DNA of 63,644 nucleotides, filler included, from Bipalium vagum (GCA_037834085.1; 3 parts of 3 records of this genome joined end to end with filler, not necessarily neighbours in it), one strand, 5' to 3'; positions 39,166 to 52,720 are shown, counted from the whole stretch's first letter. Notes: generated by a model from the sequence alone, not told the origin. Numbers and translations: made by a program.

Positions 39166-39408
39166 CTATCTTCTGACGCAATTTCTGCAGAGATTTTTGT
39201 GGTCATCCACTGTGGATTCCAATTCCCTTTGTACTATCCTGGTCATAAGACTAATCAGTCGTAGACCAGGATTATTAATGGGGAATGTCAATTTTCTTTT
39301 TAGATCATTAATTCCAAAACGTTCCCCCCCCTGATTTAATCTTAGTAAATTAGCTTCGCAAATGGTAAAACTAATAAAAAAAGTGAGGTAAATCATAGTT
39401 TTCCCCAT
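39166..39408 (-). CDS. Candidate small secreted peptide / prohormone-like precursor (80 aa)
   Basis: Signal-peptide-like MGKTMIYLTFFISFTICEA, internal KRK basic site, C-terminal CRNC followed by RR-stop; GC higher than the flanks. No family recognised. Confidence 0.4.
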   Translation of the reverse strand: MGKTMIYLTFFISFTICEANLLRLNQGGERFGINDLKRKLTFPINNPGLRLISLMTRIVQRELESTVDDHKNLCRNCVRR

Positions 39409-39739
39409 ATGTATTTTATATTTTATTCAGTTGTAATATTTCAGTTTTTATTTGAGGAATATCAATAAAATTTTATTCTTATTTTGAATTAAACTGTGTA
39501 ATAATAATAAAATTTAACAAAAGAATGATTTTTTAAAATTCAAATATAATGATAATAGACCAATCATTTAATTAATTAATTATTATGTCAGCACATTTTG
39601 CAATGGTTGCTCAGTGATAAATTGATTAGTATTTTTATTATTAATTTCTCTTAAGATTTTTATAATATTTAATTATAAATTAAATAAAAATAAAACTCAG
39701 AAAATAATAAAATTATAAAAGTAAAATTAAAAATTAATA

Positions 39740-40213
39740 ATTACAGGCTTATGCAGAAATATATAGAAAAAAGATTGGAGTGTTTCTATTTGAATTTGAT
39801 CGCATTTTAGTCAGCCAAAGGAATGCCTCAAGAATTTTACGTGTCATGAATTATACCAGAAAGCGGTTAGTCAGAGTTCCCGATCAGAGAAATAATAGTA
39901 AAACCATTGAGGCTAGACAGCTTTTTGCGAGGGACATTAAGAACATTGAAAATTGTAAGCTGGTTTATTTAGGTGAAATAGAAGGCAACTTACACCAAAC
40001 CAGAAATTTATGTCACCACACTCTCCTCGATTAAGCCCGATTGAAGAGTTATTCAGCAGCTTTAAGTCGCAAATATCATCCTTTATGGGAACCATTATAG
40101 ATCGGGACCATTTAAAAGAATTGATTACCCAAGTACTCTTTCATGACGATATCAATTTAAGTGGTTATTTTTGTAACATAAAGCCATGGCGAGACAAGAA
40201 TTTCGTCCCGTAA
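39740..40213 (+). mobile_element. IS630/Tc1-like DDE transposase remnant, internally deleted
   Basis: MNYTRKRLVRVPDQRN and SPHSPRLSPIEELFS (SPxLNPIE motif). Confidence 0.75.
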
Positions 40214-43200
40214 TATTTTATTGGTTTTATATGTACATTTCCACTCGTGTATTTGTTATGAAATTTTTTTCCATATATTTCTGCATAATCTTGTAAAGAA
40301 AAATATTTTAATGCTTTTAATTTTTGTGTTATAATGAACCAATTTGGATAATCATCGATATTTTCCTCAATCTTCATTTTAAAAAAAAAGAAAAAATTAA
40401 AATAAAACTAGTAAATAAGTTAAACAATGAGCTAATAAACAAAAATAAGTGTCACAAAATAAAGATTTGACAATTATTCAGTTTCAAATTATTTTTATAT
40501 TTAAAAATTCTTATTCAGTCTCGGGGGTTACTTTGGAGACTATTTTGAAGACCTGTACACATGTGGAAATCGGGAATTTAATGTGACCCATAAGTGCAAG
40601 TGCATCCAGTATACTGATCACTCAAATTTGATGTATTTCATATTTATCAATGAAAATAAATAACTTAATCAATAGCCAATAATCAATAAATTAAATAAAT
40701 AAATAACAATTAATTTGCTTTTCTCAAATATATAATTGTACAACTTTAAATATGCAAATTAAATAAAAGTAAGCTCAGATTGCGATCAAAATGATCATTA
40801 AGGCTTGGTTTTAATGAAGGAGTATTTATCTGTACCACTGAATTTTACAGAAGGATAAAATCGACTGTAATGGTTTGTGCCCTAGACCGTGGGTGACAGG
40901 GGAATGAGATGTCAAGACGAGATTCAAGTAACGAGAGATTACATTATCGTCTTGACAGTTCGTAATTATTATATTTTTTATGTATCGTGAATGTCGATAT
41001 GTTCCCTCTCTCTGAGTTTTTCTTTTTTGAAATTTATGACAGTTATAAGTAATTGTATGAGATTTTTGTTGTGCTTTCCTTTCTAAAATGTCTCAACAAA
41101 GTTGATATTACTGATTGTTGGTGAGTCTGTAATGTTGATACAAACACGCTGTATTGATTTTTTCTAATTGCAATGGATAAATCAGTAATTTATTTAAAAC
41201 ATAATTTAAAAATGACCCGTCAAACCCTGTAATTGATAATTTAATGGAATCCACTACCAGATTCACGAATATTCACATTCATCAATTTTTCGGATGTTTT
41301 GAGATGTTAGGCAAAGATTCTGATCCTATCCTGTCCACCATTTCTGTATTATCAGATTGGTAAGCATTTAGTTTGTTCGATTGGTACTAGTGAACTTGAA
41401 AAGTGAGATTTTGATTTCTCGATGCAGCTGAGAAAAGGTAATTCTCGACAGTCCCACTAAACACAGAGCATTGCTTTATTTCAATAGATTTCAGTTTTTG
41501 GTATGCTTTGAAAGTGATTCATCAATTTTGCTCTGTGACCGCTCGTACCTGCATTGGGTAATTAAAATTCATTTATTATCCGCTCGATTATCTAAAAAAA
41601 TTGGCTTTCCTCCAGTGAGTAGCAGATATCAAGTAGAATGATAAACATATTTGTGCTAAAAGCTCATCATTTTAATGCTTTTAGCACATTGGCTGTCGGA
41701 TCAATTATTGCCTGACCCTAAATTTAGTTTAATTTTCTGTTGAAACTAACCATGTGTGCATTCACCAGATGGCAGTACATAACTGCTATTGTTATGAGTC
41801 AACTCATGTTTTCTGAGGCTCGGAGTCATACAAAGACATTACAAAGATAAAGAGTTCCAATGATTGTCCCTGGCAGTCAGCGTGTTTAAAGGTGATTTTA
41901 TTTCACTAATGAGATTATCCGGAGAAGACTGGTTGTCTTTCCATCGCGAAAATAGTCTTGAATTTCCAAATTTCCAAACAAAGCTTGAAGTACCAACTTT
42001 TGTGGTACCAAATCTACTACGTTAGTTGCACAGGTATTACTTTGATGATAATAAAATAAAATCATCTCTTTAAAGTAACATTTTATATCCGGGTCAGATA
42101 TTGAACCCGGAAGGTTTTGAAATAATAAAAATATTTTTAAAGCACATCATACGAGGAATGACTATGGTCAAAAATGGATACTTTATCTCTGGATCATTCA
42201 GGAATGAAGAGCAACCTCCTGAATGTTAACCTTTTGGTGAAAGAATCAAGTGCCTTGGACAGGAAAAGATCCAATTGTTTTTTATTTCTATAAGCCACTT
42301 ACAATTGTCCCATTTCTCGTAATTACCAATAATCATTTATTTTCTTTCGTCGATTCACGATTCCGTCAATTATTTAAGGGTAGGTCTTATTAATTGGGAA
42401 TAAAGTTCATTAAAAACCCCAATTAAATCCGCAAAACATTTAATTATCAAATTATTTTAATAATTTCTACACTTAATTGAACTAATTCGTGTTTCAGACG
42501 TGTTCGCCTTATTCTCCCAAACCCTCTTTCCCGCTTGAAAAAAACAGCCTTTTCAGGTATGACAGAAAGTTGAAATATTTCTCGAAAAAAATAATAATTT
42601 ATATTTTTATGAAATTACTCTGAAATTCTTTGAGGGAAATGCATAAATAACGGAAATTAAATATAAATAAATATTAAAATAATAAATAAGTAAATAATAA
42701 ATCAATTAAAAAATAAATAATAAATCAATTAAAAAAATATGAAAATAATAAGTAAATAATGAATACAAATAATAAATCAATAAATAAAAAATAATAAATC
42801 AATAAAAAATAAATATTCATAGCTTTGGTGAGAGGGCTGTCACTGATGGAATTTTAACATTTTTTAAAAACCAATTAAATTTCATAATTACATATTTATA
42901 GAATAATCTTGTGAACAGCACCAATTTGGTTTTCAAATAAATAGTTTTATGAATAAAAGATAATTCGTTTTTCTTATTTTCTAATATCAACCCATTATGT
43001 TCATCTTAACCCTCTGACGATAGATTTCAATTATTTTTTATTAGAATCACCTCATGAAGCGGAACAAATCTTTCGGGACTTGTGTACTTTACCTACCCCA
43101 CTTTTTAAAATTTTAAAAAATTTAAATATTTAAGCAAAATGTATTTATGTTAATTAATCCCGTGAAATATTTAACTAAGACATTTATTAAATTTAGAAAA

Positions 43201-43329
43201 TTGGGATCATGTTTTTTTAACAGGTCTGTGACATCAAGTCTCTTTTTTGACTGATCTCAATTTTTACATGTTGATAATAAAGAAATGAATATTAAATTAA
43301 TAAACAGCACAGTGATTTGTGTTCCATCC

Positions 43330-43700
43330 GATGCAATTATGTTTATAAGAGAAAACAGTCTGGTATTCCTATCAGGTAATTTATAATAATAATAATAATG
43401 ATTTTAGATAAATACGGTGATTGTGGCACGATATTCAAGGAATGCACATCGAAAAGAAACACTGTGTTTTACAGCGCTGCTACACGGAAAATTGCATAAA
43501 TTACAATAGATATTTTTCTATTAGAAGAAAATCCTTTTTGAGAAAGTCAAAATACATCTAAATAAATGTGTCTATTTATTAAATTTGTGGGCTTGGGTAG
43601 ATCACAAAAGTCAGTTACTGAAGATACGGGCATTTCAAAAACTGTCGTTATTAATTTCTATGCAGAAATGAGAGGAAAATTTGAGATTTTTTCCTTGGTA
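43330..43700 (+). mobile_element. Merlin 5' remnant
   Basis: CGTIFKEC...RCYTENC...SIRRKSF and LLNLWAW...TGISKTVVINFYAEMR. Confidence 0.55.
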
Positions 43701-44279
43701 AATCCAATAAAATGGGCGTGCTCTTGATCATAAGCTATGGATTTTTAGTATGGTTGACGATTCCAAGAATGTTAGTAGGAGACAGTAAATACTTTAACAC
43801 CACTTTAATACCCATTATAAGGGACATCGTTAAGCGTGGGTCCTTTATAATGAGTGATAAATGGAGTGTATTCCCAACTGTCTAAAGATGAAAATTATGT
43901 TCGTTGAAGCGTCACCACAAGATGAATTTTGTTGACAGAGAGACTGGTGCTCACACGCAAAGATTTGAATCGATTTTGGGTATCCATCTCTTTGAATTAT
44001 ATCTAACTGAATGAATGTGGCACCAAAATATTCAATCAAGAAACTGCGAATCAATTTTTTATTCAATAAATTTGTGAATAGAAAATTTTTTGATTTGATT
44101 GATTTTTTTGTGATTTGTCTCATGTCTCTTTTTTGACCGGTGAATTGTGTCAAGTTTCTCTTTTGACCGAGTCAGTAAGATTCGAAAATTGAGATCGTGG
44201 ATCAAGTTATTTTCTCAACAAAATTCCAGGTAATCATTATGACACTTCATCCAAAAAGTGTTTAGTCCATGGACCTACT

Positions 44280-44760
44280 TAAGCTTCTTCTTGAACTTCA
44301 TCCACATACTTTCCAGGTTTCGGTTGTGTGCATTAATTTGTTTGGATCAACGAGATTGACTAAAAGGTTAACTGTTTGAACGTTTTACGTTGATTACGTT
44401 TTTCCATGTCTTAACCCTTGAGCTCATTTGGTACCCATCTTCCTACTTTGTATACTTTCCTCATGGCTTTTTGAGGTCGGTTAATTGAAGATCGAGAACC
44501 ATTTAACAATTTAGTAAAAAACAGTTTGGGTTTGTCACGGATCTTCAGCCACCAATGCTTCCAGGTCTTGAGCTTCAAACAATTTCGCTTGTTCTGAGCA
44601 CTCTTTATCTTCCACTATAAATTCGCCCTTTCGGAAAAGTGCAATCGGCTTTTAATAGACCATTTTTCCTGTAAGTCCCAAAAATGATTCTGTGAGTTTC
44701 TGCTGCAGATTTTGTTATACCAAAATGAAAAAACATCACTTCGCAAAAATGCTGCTTATC
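44280..44760 (-). mobile_element. mariner remnant
   Basis: AMRKVYKVGRWVPNEL (WVPHEL motif). Confidence 0.7.
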
Positions 44761-44927
44761 GCCCCCATCCAAAAAAAATGATAATAAGATATAGTTAAAG
44801 ATATCAGGATGTGTTTTTATAGATTTTATTTACAATAACAATAAACAATGTACAGGGTGCGCCACTTAAATCGGGAAAATTATCAGTAAAACAAAAGCCG
44901 AATATATTTTAATAATGATCAAGCAAA

Positions 44928-45027
44928 NNNNNNNNNNNNNNNNNNNNNNNNNNNNNNNNNNNNNNNNNNNNTTAATTAATTAANNNNNNNNNNNNNNNNN
45001 NNNNNNNNNNNNNNNNNNNNNNNNNNN
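44928..45027. other. Assembly gap with artificial linker
   Basis: 44 N + TTAATTAATTAA + 44 N. Confidence 0.95.
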
Positions 45028-46182
45028 CCAAAATATGCTTTAATTTAAAGCAGTAAAACAAATTAATATAGAATATGAATCCTTATCATTTAAGCATCAA
45101 TTTGAAATATCATCTGATGCCATTCATACGTATTTTATATACAATAAAATCATCGAAAGTTGCCTTATATAAAACTCTAATTTATTTCCGAACAACCTTA
45201 TAAAAGTAAATTATTATTATAATAAATTACAGGTATTATAAAAACTGACCTTGTGTTGTGGTATTTTCCATTTTCGAAAAGGGGATCTGGGTTAAGTTGA
45301 GTGAAACAACCACGATTGGTCAACCGTGAAATTTGTGCTGGATCCGGGAAAACGGCTATTTCTGTTTTAAAATTCCAAGAATTTCCATTATTATTTTGAT
45401 AATTATCCGATCAGTTCACATTTTGTGAATTGGCATAATTTTATTTATCGGGTAATAGGCGAGAGGAACGTGTGATCAATTAAACGCTGACGTTTCACTG
45501 CACAATTTGACTTGCGAAGTTGAAGGTGTTGACTTATTTATAATCGATTGAGAGATATTGTGATAATAATATCGACGTTTTCATTGTTTTGTCATTGTTT
45601 ATTTGTCGAAGAGTAATAGATTGCGTTGTCTTATTTTGTGTACTTTTTTACCAAACGATTATTACTGAAAATAATCGTATTAAGATAAGAGTTATGTCAC
45701 TTTAATTCGGCTACTATCAGTTATTAACAAATTCATGTTTTTCTATTTTATGAATTTTGAAATTTTAGTTTTATATATTTTATAATTTTAATTGCTTACA
45801 CACAGTGTATATCGATTATCAACAGTGTTGGTATCTATAGTGAAACTGGTGAAATACTATACTGAACCAACACAAAACGCCAAGAAATTGAATATAGATA
45901 CTGCCGTTGACCTCAAGGAACCTCAAGAGCGGATGGAGAGTGAGAACAGCTCTCAAAAATTGATTATTGACATTTAAACAATTAACTAATTTGATATTTT
46001 ATTTTACATTCAATTGATATTATACTTAATGTACATAAAAAGTTTTATAAGGCCTACGGTCTCTATTTTTATTAATCAAAAAGTATTTGTTTTTATATTT
46101 TATGTTTGAAAAAATAGTACTTAATTAATTAATAAAGTTATTTTATAAATAAATAATCTATTTAAAATATAATAAAATAAAT

Positions 46183-46699
46183 TGTGGGTTGGAAATATTA
46201 ATTAGAAATTCAACCCACGTGATTAATTGTTATTACATTTGATGAAAATAAATCAACTTTCTATAAATAAAGGATGTGTGAGTAAACTTACTAAATATAG
46301 AAAGTTCTGTAATATAAGAACTTAACTAAAATAGTAACAACCTACGAATAATCCAATTATTAGAAAGTAAAACGTACCTAAAAAGCAACCAGCCACACGT
46401 GAGTCTATTAATGGAAAGTTAGAAGAGCCAATGAGAAGCTCCACATTCTGGAAACAAGAGTATATAAACTCTTGGTTTACATAATCAAATGTCCTTAATA
46501 ACTCTTAGAATACGCTTATAGTTATTAAAATTAAAGAACTTATAAGATGTCGGTAACAATAAAAAAGGTTAAGAATTTGTATTTCTATTGTGTTATGAAT
46601 TATTTAACCTATTTCTATTGTGTTTAGCCAATAGAGTTAAATTAAATAATTAATTAATTAACGTTTATTTAGTGATAGAAGTAAAATTTTCTCATCACA
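46183..46699 (+). mobile_element. Probable solo LTR (517 bp)
   Basis: TGTG...CACA termini, CCAAT (46428), TATATAAA (46461) and AATAAA (46558) in order; flanks aaat/aact are a near-TSD. Confidence 0.5.
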
Positions 46700-47979
46700 A
46701 ACTTTTTAATATTTTCTTATATTCTTTTTTGTTTTTTTTCTAATCATATTCTCCTTCGTTCGACAGAATACGCATATTCTCGCGTCTTCAACTATCAAAA
46801 AGTCAAAAAGGTATTTTTATTAAATAATTATTGTTTGTATTTTTGAATATCAATTGTGTATTAGAGATCTAACCTTGCATTTTTGATAACAAATATACCT
46901 TATTTTGTTAATAGCTTTGTTTATTCGTGATTCTTTTATTATTTAAACTTACTTCGAGGAGTTAGTTATCCCAGATATAACTGTTTGTAACTGTTTAGAT
47001 AAGCAACATAGACTGTTAAAACAGAAAAAATGTTCGGTAATATGTTGAATATTTTTCTCAATTATTAAATCAGCAAAAAATTCATACTTGTATTTCGTGA
47101 TGCCTCAGTTAAACAGTTTAAAATATTATAAGGTACCAACCATTTTCTGACATTCATTTTTTAGTATGAATATTTTTTGAATTTATTTTAGTTTCAATTT
47201 AAGCAGCCAACTTTGGAGGTAGTTCAAGTGCCCAAACGTCGTCCATTAATTCCAATGACATCTTAACTTCAAATGATATTTTACAAGAAGACCTATTTCT
47301 AAGTGGAGCCTATGACTGTGTTGCGGCAGATTGAGCAGCATAAGAAAAGTTGGACGTTTTCCGCCTTTATTTGTAGTCTTACTCAAAATTTCATGCTTTA
47401 AACTAAAAAGAACTTTTATTCAAAACTCTTAGTCTTATTTATTTTACACCTTACGCGAAACCTATGTCAATTTTACGCCACTTAACTTAAAGACTACCTT
47501 TGATTTAATTTATCTGGAGATGAGATTTTTTTTATCTTCAATGTAAAAATGATCTTCCCTAAATTTCTTGTCTCCAAAACTAATGTCTTACTCCAAAATA
47601 TCAATTAACTTAATTTACTTTGACAGAAACATTGAATTAATTGGTTTTATATTTATTATAATTTAAAATAAAAATAATATTATTTTACGTTTTTCCTTAA
47701 AAAGTATGTATTGACTACAATATAAATATAATAAATATAAAGACTAAAACCTTTCAAAGACATTAATGTTAATTATTTTGAACAGTTCATAAAAATATTA
47801 GGCCTTAGGTGTTTTTTTTTCTTTCTTATATTTTAAGATCTCTTTAATATATGATGTTTTTTCCCTTTTTCGTTTTTATTTCTTGTCTATTTTGTCTATT
47901 TTTTTTAAATAATAAATATTTTAATATTAATTCGTTGTTGTAATCAAATACTAAAAAATTATTTCTCATTTTTATTTAA

Positions 47980-48220
47980 GGGCTGAGAACATCCCAAAGA
48001 TTTGACAACTGATTTTTGACCAATTCCACAAGTATTGTCAAATTTTTGCTAACCATTTCCTGTTTCGGTGGCCGACCACTTCCTTTCTTTCTTCACCATA
48101 TTAGCCTATACAAAGTTGATTTAGGTATGTGTTCATTAAGGAAATGCTTGACAAAACTTTTCCCTAAATGTATATTTTTGTTATAGAAATTTACAACACG
48201 AATCTTAAGTCATTTCTGAA
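47980..48220 (-). mobile_element. Tc1-like 5' remnant
   Basis: LRFVVNFY-like start, HIPKSTLYR and RKEGSGRPPK-like motif. Confidence 0.5.
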
Positions 48221-49115
48221 AATATAATTAATTTAATAATATTGATACGCTTATCTGACTTCTATATATCATTTTAAACGGCATAGCTTGATTATCAATT
48301 TAGATTAATTTATTTAAACAAATTATATATTAAGATACTTAACTTTTAAAAAGTCTCATTTCTTATTTATATGGTGTTATATTAGTTAATTTGGTTGTGT
48401 CATTTTTGAAACGTTCTTCTTTTAATTTCCTTTTTTATTCATTTATCCTTCATCAGAAAATATTTATTTACAGAAGCGTTTACTCCAAACGATTTAAAAC
48501 CTCATTGAGTTAAAAATAATTAATCTTGTGTTTTTCCTAATAAAATATTCTCCTAGAGTTATTTTTTATAATTATTTTTATTTATTTTATTCAATTTTTA
48601 ATAAATGAAAGTATGAGTAAAATGTTGTTTTAGAACCTTCACAATTGTGAAGAGACGTTTTAAATGAGATTTTGTATTTTATATTAATTTATATTATTTT
48701 TTAAATTTTCGTATAATGTTTATACCTGTAAAATATTAATTAAAAATATAAAACAGGAAATAATCAAAATATATTTTAACAAATGCACAACTTTAACAAT
48801 TTTCATAAAATATTCCAGGAAAAAAGACAATGCAAAAGTAATTACATTTTATTAAACTGTTTTTATGACTTATTAAGGGAATTATAAATTACATAAATTA
48901 TATTTAATTAATAATAATAATAAAATTAATAATAATAATTTTAATAATAATTTTAAAAATAAAATAAATTAATAATAGTTAATAATTTTATAATAATAAT
49001 AATAAAATAATTTTTTATAGGGGAAAAAGATAAAAATTACCTCTCGCTACATTCACGTTTTTTCTAAATTAAAATGATGAGAAAATATCAAAAATAAACG
49101 TTCTATCAGTTATAA

Positions 49116-50108
49116 TCAATTAAGTATTAGATCATTGCAAGAGGTCTGTCCTGATTTTAAAAAAATTTAAAGAGACTAAAGTTAAATAAAACAACTTTAT
49201 TAATTAATTATTAATATATAACAACCATTCCTCTCTAGACGTATTCTCCAACGTTCTACAAGCTGTTCGACCCATATTGATAGAAATATCTCTTGGTCCG
49301 TTCGATAGGCTTCCACAACTTCATCCGAATTAAGCTTCTTACCACTCGTAGTGGAACAGATAAGAATGATAAGGCCCAATATTTTTTTTCAGATTATGGT
49401 GAGTGTTGAAGAATTTTCTATTCCAATTCTTGCAGTATTCGTTTTATCTTTTCCGCAACCTGAAATCTGGCATTATTTTATTAAAAAGCTGTTCCTTTTC
49501 GATTGTTCAAAGCCGGATGTTTTGACGAATAGCAGCTGTGAGTTTAGTGAGGTTCGCGCAGTACTTCTCTGCCGTTACTGTTTCATCGCGTGTGAGAAAT
49601 TCAAAATGAATAATGCCTCTGAATTCCTACCAAATACTCAGCAACACCATTTGATATATTTAACTATCTAATTATTTTCTAATAGTTAAAAACAAAAATA
49701 TTTACTTAAACTATAAATTATAAAATCGTTAAAACAATTACCTTTGCAACAAAATATGGGATAGAAATCCTCGGCCGTTGAAAAATGATGCTCAAAATCT
49801 CTGAATAAATAGCAGCTCAAATCGTTGACCCCGTAGTAAAAGCAAACGGCAGTTCTGTTGAAGCGATGAAAACACCATTTGTTCGTTACAGCGAAATTCA
49901 CAAATTTTCGAGGAGATGTACTGGTGCAAGGATTAAAGTTTGTTAAGCTAAGGTTTTTTGAGCATTTTCCACCGTCAATGATTTCATATTTAATTAGTTT
50001 CAAGCAAGATTTAACAGTGAATGCCACCTGGTTTTCCGATTTTGCCTGATCCCTGTTACTGATAATCACCGCTGACAATAAAATCGAAACAAAACCTAAC
50101 TCTCTCAT
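49116..50108 (-). CDS. Secreted Cys-rich three-finger (Ly6/uPAR or TGF-beta receptor ectodomain-like) protein; join(complement 49742..50108, 49116..49150), about 133 aa
   Basis: Hydrophobic N-terminus MRELGFVSILLSAVIIS. Exon 1 ends FCCK-G|GTAATT (phase 1). An acceptor ttttaaaatcag| at 49151 gives GA CAG ACC TCT TGC AAT, completing CCKGQTSCNDLILN*, the CC-x5-CN Cys box. The 591-nt intron contains a mariner remnant. Confidence 0.6.
49215..49665 (-). mobile_element. mariner 3' remnant inside the three-finger gene intron
   Basis: VLLSIW*EFRGIIHFEFL...TVTAEKYC and LVERW. Confidence 0.75.
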
Positions 50109-50689
50109 CTTTAAACTATTGCTCCCATTGATTTGTTATATAAACAATAAAAAACCAATAAAATTAGACTACATTTTTCAGTGAGAAATAAAATATAAAA
50201 ATTACATTTTATAAAAACCTGTTTTAAATAAAAAAAAGTATACCAGTGATGTTTAATTAATAATATTATATTAATATTGATTATAATATCATTATATATT
50301 TTCGTAATAAATATTATTATAAAAGAAATCAATATTCAGCCAATAATATTAATCAATATATTAATTCGAGTAATAAAATTCATTATATCAATTTTATACT
50401 TTTAATACTGGATCTTTTATTATGAGGACTGTCTTCTGCGTTGTCAGTATGTTGTTTTGACAGTTAGGAAAACTTTAATGGTAAATAAAATGGTTCTTCT
50501 TCATCCAAAAGAAATTCAGAGTAAGAATTGGCTTTTTCTTGATTTCAAAGTCAAAAAAGGAAAGAATTTCTTCAATTGCCTTTCTTAATCTTAAAATTTT
50601 GTTCAGTAATGCATGGTGTGATAATAAAGTTCCAAGACTCTATCTGTACAAAGGCAAAAGGTACATAAGACAACAATTAATCATATTTC

Positions 50690-51752
50690 ATTAGGCAAAG
50701 TAGTCAGCATTGAGTTGAATACACTTATTACATCTTTTATAAGAAAAAAAAGTTGACGTCCTTCAGTTTGCTTGTAAAATTCGTGTGAATATCCTCAATA
50801 TCGCGAAACTTTCTTCCTTTTAGTATGGCTTTCAACTTTTGGAATAGCATGAAATCTGTTGAAGATAAGTCCGGTGTATGTGGTGGATGGTTGATCACCA
50901 TAACTTTTTTTCAGCCAGAAAGCTCGTTTAGATTATTGAGTTATGAGAAGGTGAGTTATCCTGCAGTAAACTCCAACTTCCTTTAGTACTGTAATGCGGT
51001 CTAATTCTGCGAATTCTTTTCAAAAGCCCAGACATCAATTCTTTGTTATAAACACCATTGACTGTTTTATCATTAGGTAGAAATTCTTTGTAAATGATTC
51101 CATAGAATCAAAACACGTGATCAGGAGCGTTTTAGTCTTTGATTTTTGTAGCCATAACTTTTTTGGTTTATGAGAGCTCGTTGAACACCATTGCATGCTC
51201 TGTCGTCATATTGAAAAGGCCACGTTGCAATTGTTCAGGAGTTAAGCTGTGATGAACAAACCGTGAACATATCTTTATGTTATATAAATCCTCAATCAAC
51301 ATTATCCGAATCGATTTTCTATTGATTCAATTTTTTCTTCGAGCATTATTAATTTATTACGTCTATCAATTTCAACAATTTCTTTAATTGTTCAATGTTT
51401 TCATCATTTCTTGAGGTAGATAGAAAGCCACTTCTGACATTATCGAAAGAATCATCATAATGATTTTATCTATGAAACACCAGTCATACTCACCTGATCT
51501 TGTGTCGTCAGACCTTCAGATATTTATTTCTCTTCAAAATTCCTTGCATTGTATTTGGTTTAAAACAGCACATTACTCAATCTTTCGACAATAGAACCAA
51601 GTCATTTGTTTAATTTTAAAACTCAACTAAAGATTGGAAAAGGTCATCAATCAAAACGGGACATGTATAACTGACTGATATTTGTTTTGTCCATAGATAA
51701 ATAAACTTTTCGAAGATTAAAAAATAATTCACGACTTTCCAATAACCTAATG
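50690..51752. mobile_element. Two abutting mariner remnants (- strand 50690-51450; + strand 3' end 51470-51752)
   Basis: - strand: SRFVHHSL, LLQDNSPSH, NHPPHTPDLSSTDF. + strand: SYSPDLVSSD and a TIR-like end ccaataacctaat. Confidence 0.8.
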
Positions 51753-52079
51753 GATGATATTTGGTACCCATGTCAAATAATTGATAATTCACATTGCTTC
51801 TTATTTGATAATGATTATGATCAACTTTAATTAGGAGACAGATAACATAAAGATAAATGAATATGAAAAAAAAGTCCGGAATTCAAAATAATATTAATAA
51901 TAAATAATAACTGGGTGTATTTTACCCGGAGAGAAATAAAGGGACAATAACGACTTTATTCTGATGATATTAAAAGCTTCTTTCATGGAAAGCTTCTTTA
52001 AATCTTCAGAAAGCGTGATTTTTTTTAAGTAAAGTTTTTATTTTTTATTTTTAATTTTTAATTACTTTTTAAACTGTCA

Positions 52080-52720
52080 GTGACCCTTCGTTCAAATTAC
52101 AAACTTAATCTCGTGGCTCCAGCGAAATCGTGTGAGACCACTTATCTTGTTGTCCGGCTTTCTATTATGGTTAAGTGAACTGGATTCTTCTTCATTTCTT
52201 CATCTGCATTATTAACCGGAGTTAGAAACATTAGAATTGTTACTCTCAATTTATTTTGCTGGAGACATTTTTATTATCTCTCGTCATAGAATGTTATTGA
52301 AGTGTCATTTTCTTCAGTGTTCAGCTTTTAATGTCATCAGATTGTGGTTTACAATTTTAAATTAAAATTTTTACAATTACAAGCAGATTTTTTTGTCTAA
52401 ATAAAAAAGGAACAATATTGATACAAAATCTCATACTTGTATTGCAGTTGAATTGTGATTGGGATACCTTATGGCATTGGTTTGCTTTATTATATTAATT
52501 TTCCAAATTAACATATTTAATGACCCATGTTCTTAAGACTCAAATCATTTGGTTGTTATTTCAAATAAATTTGTTTCCACAATGATGGCGTATGGAGACT
52601 TAAGTGAAGAATCAGCATAATTTTGTAAAATCTTATTTTCTGTTTTGATCCTAAAACCTGTTTATCTTATTGCTTTTGCTTTATTGGAGTCTTTAAATTG
52701 TTGTGCAGACAAAACTTTCC
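52080..52720 (-). mobile_element. Possible hAT remnant
   Basis: WKQI...LSLK and DFAG fragments only. Confidence 0.25.

Noticed and set aside
49686-49741. Unspliced 140-aa version of the three-finger ORF with a hydrophobic tail
   Set aside because: The tail is AT-rich intron-like sequence after a strong AG|GTAATT donor, and the spliced form restores the CN motif. Not fully excluded.
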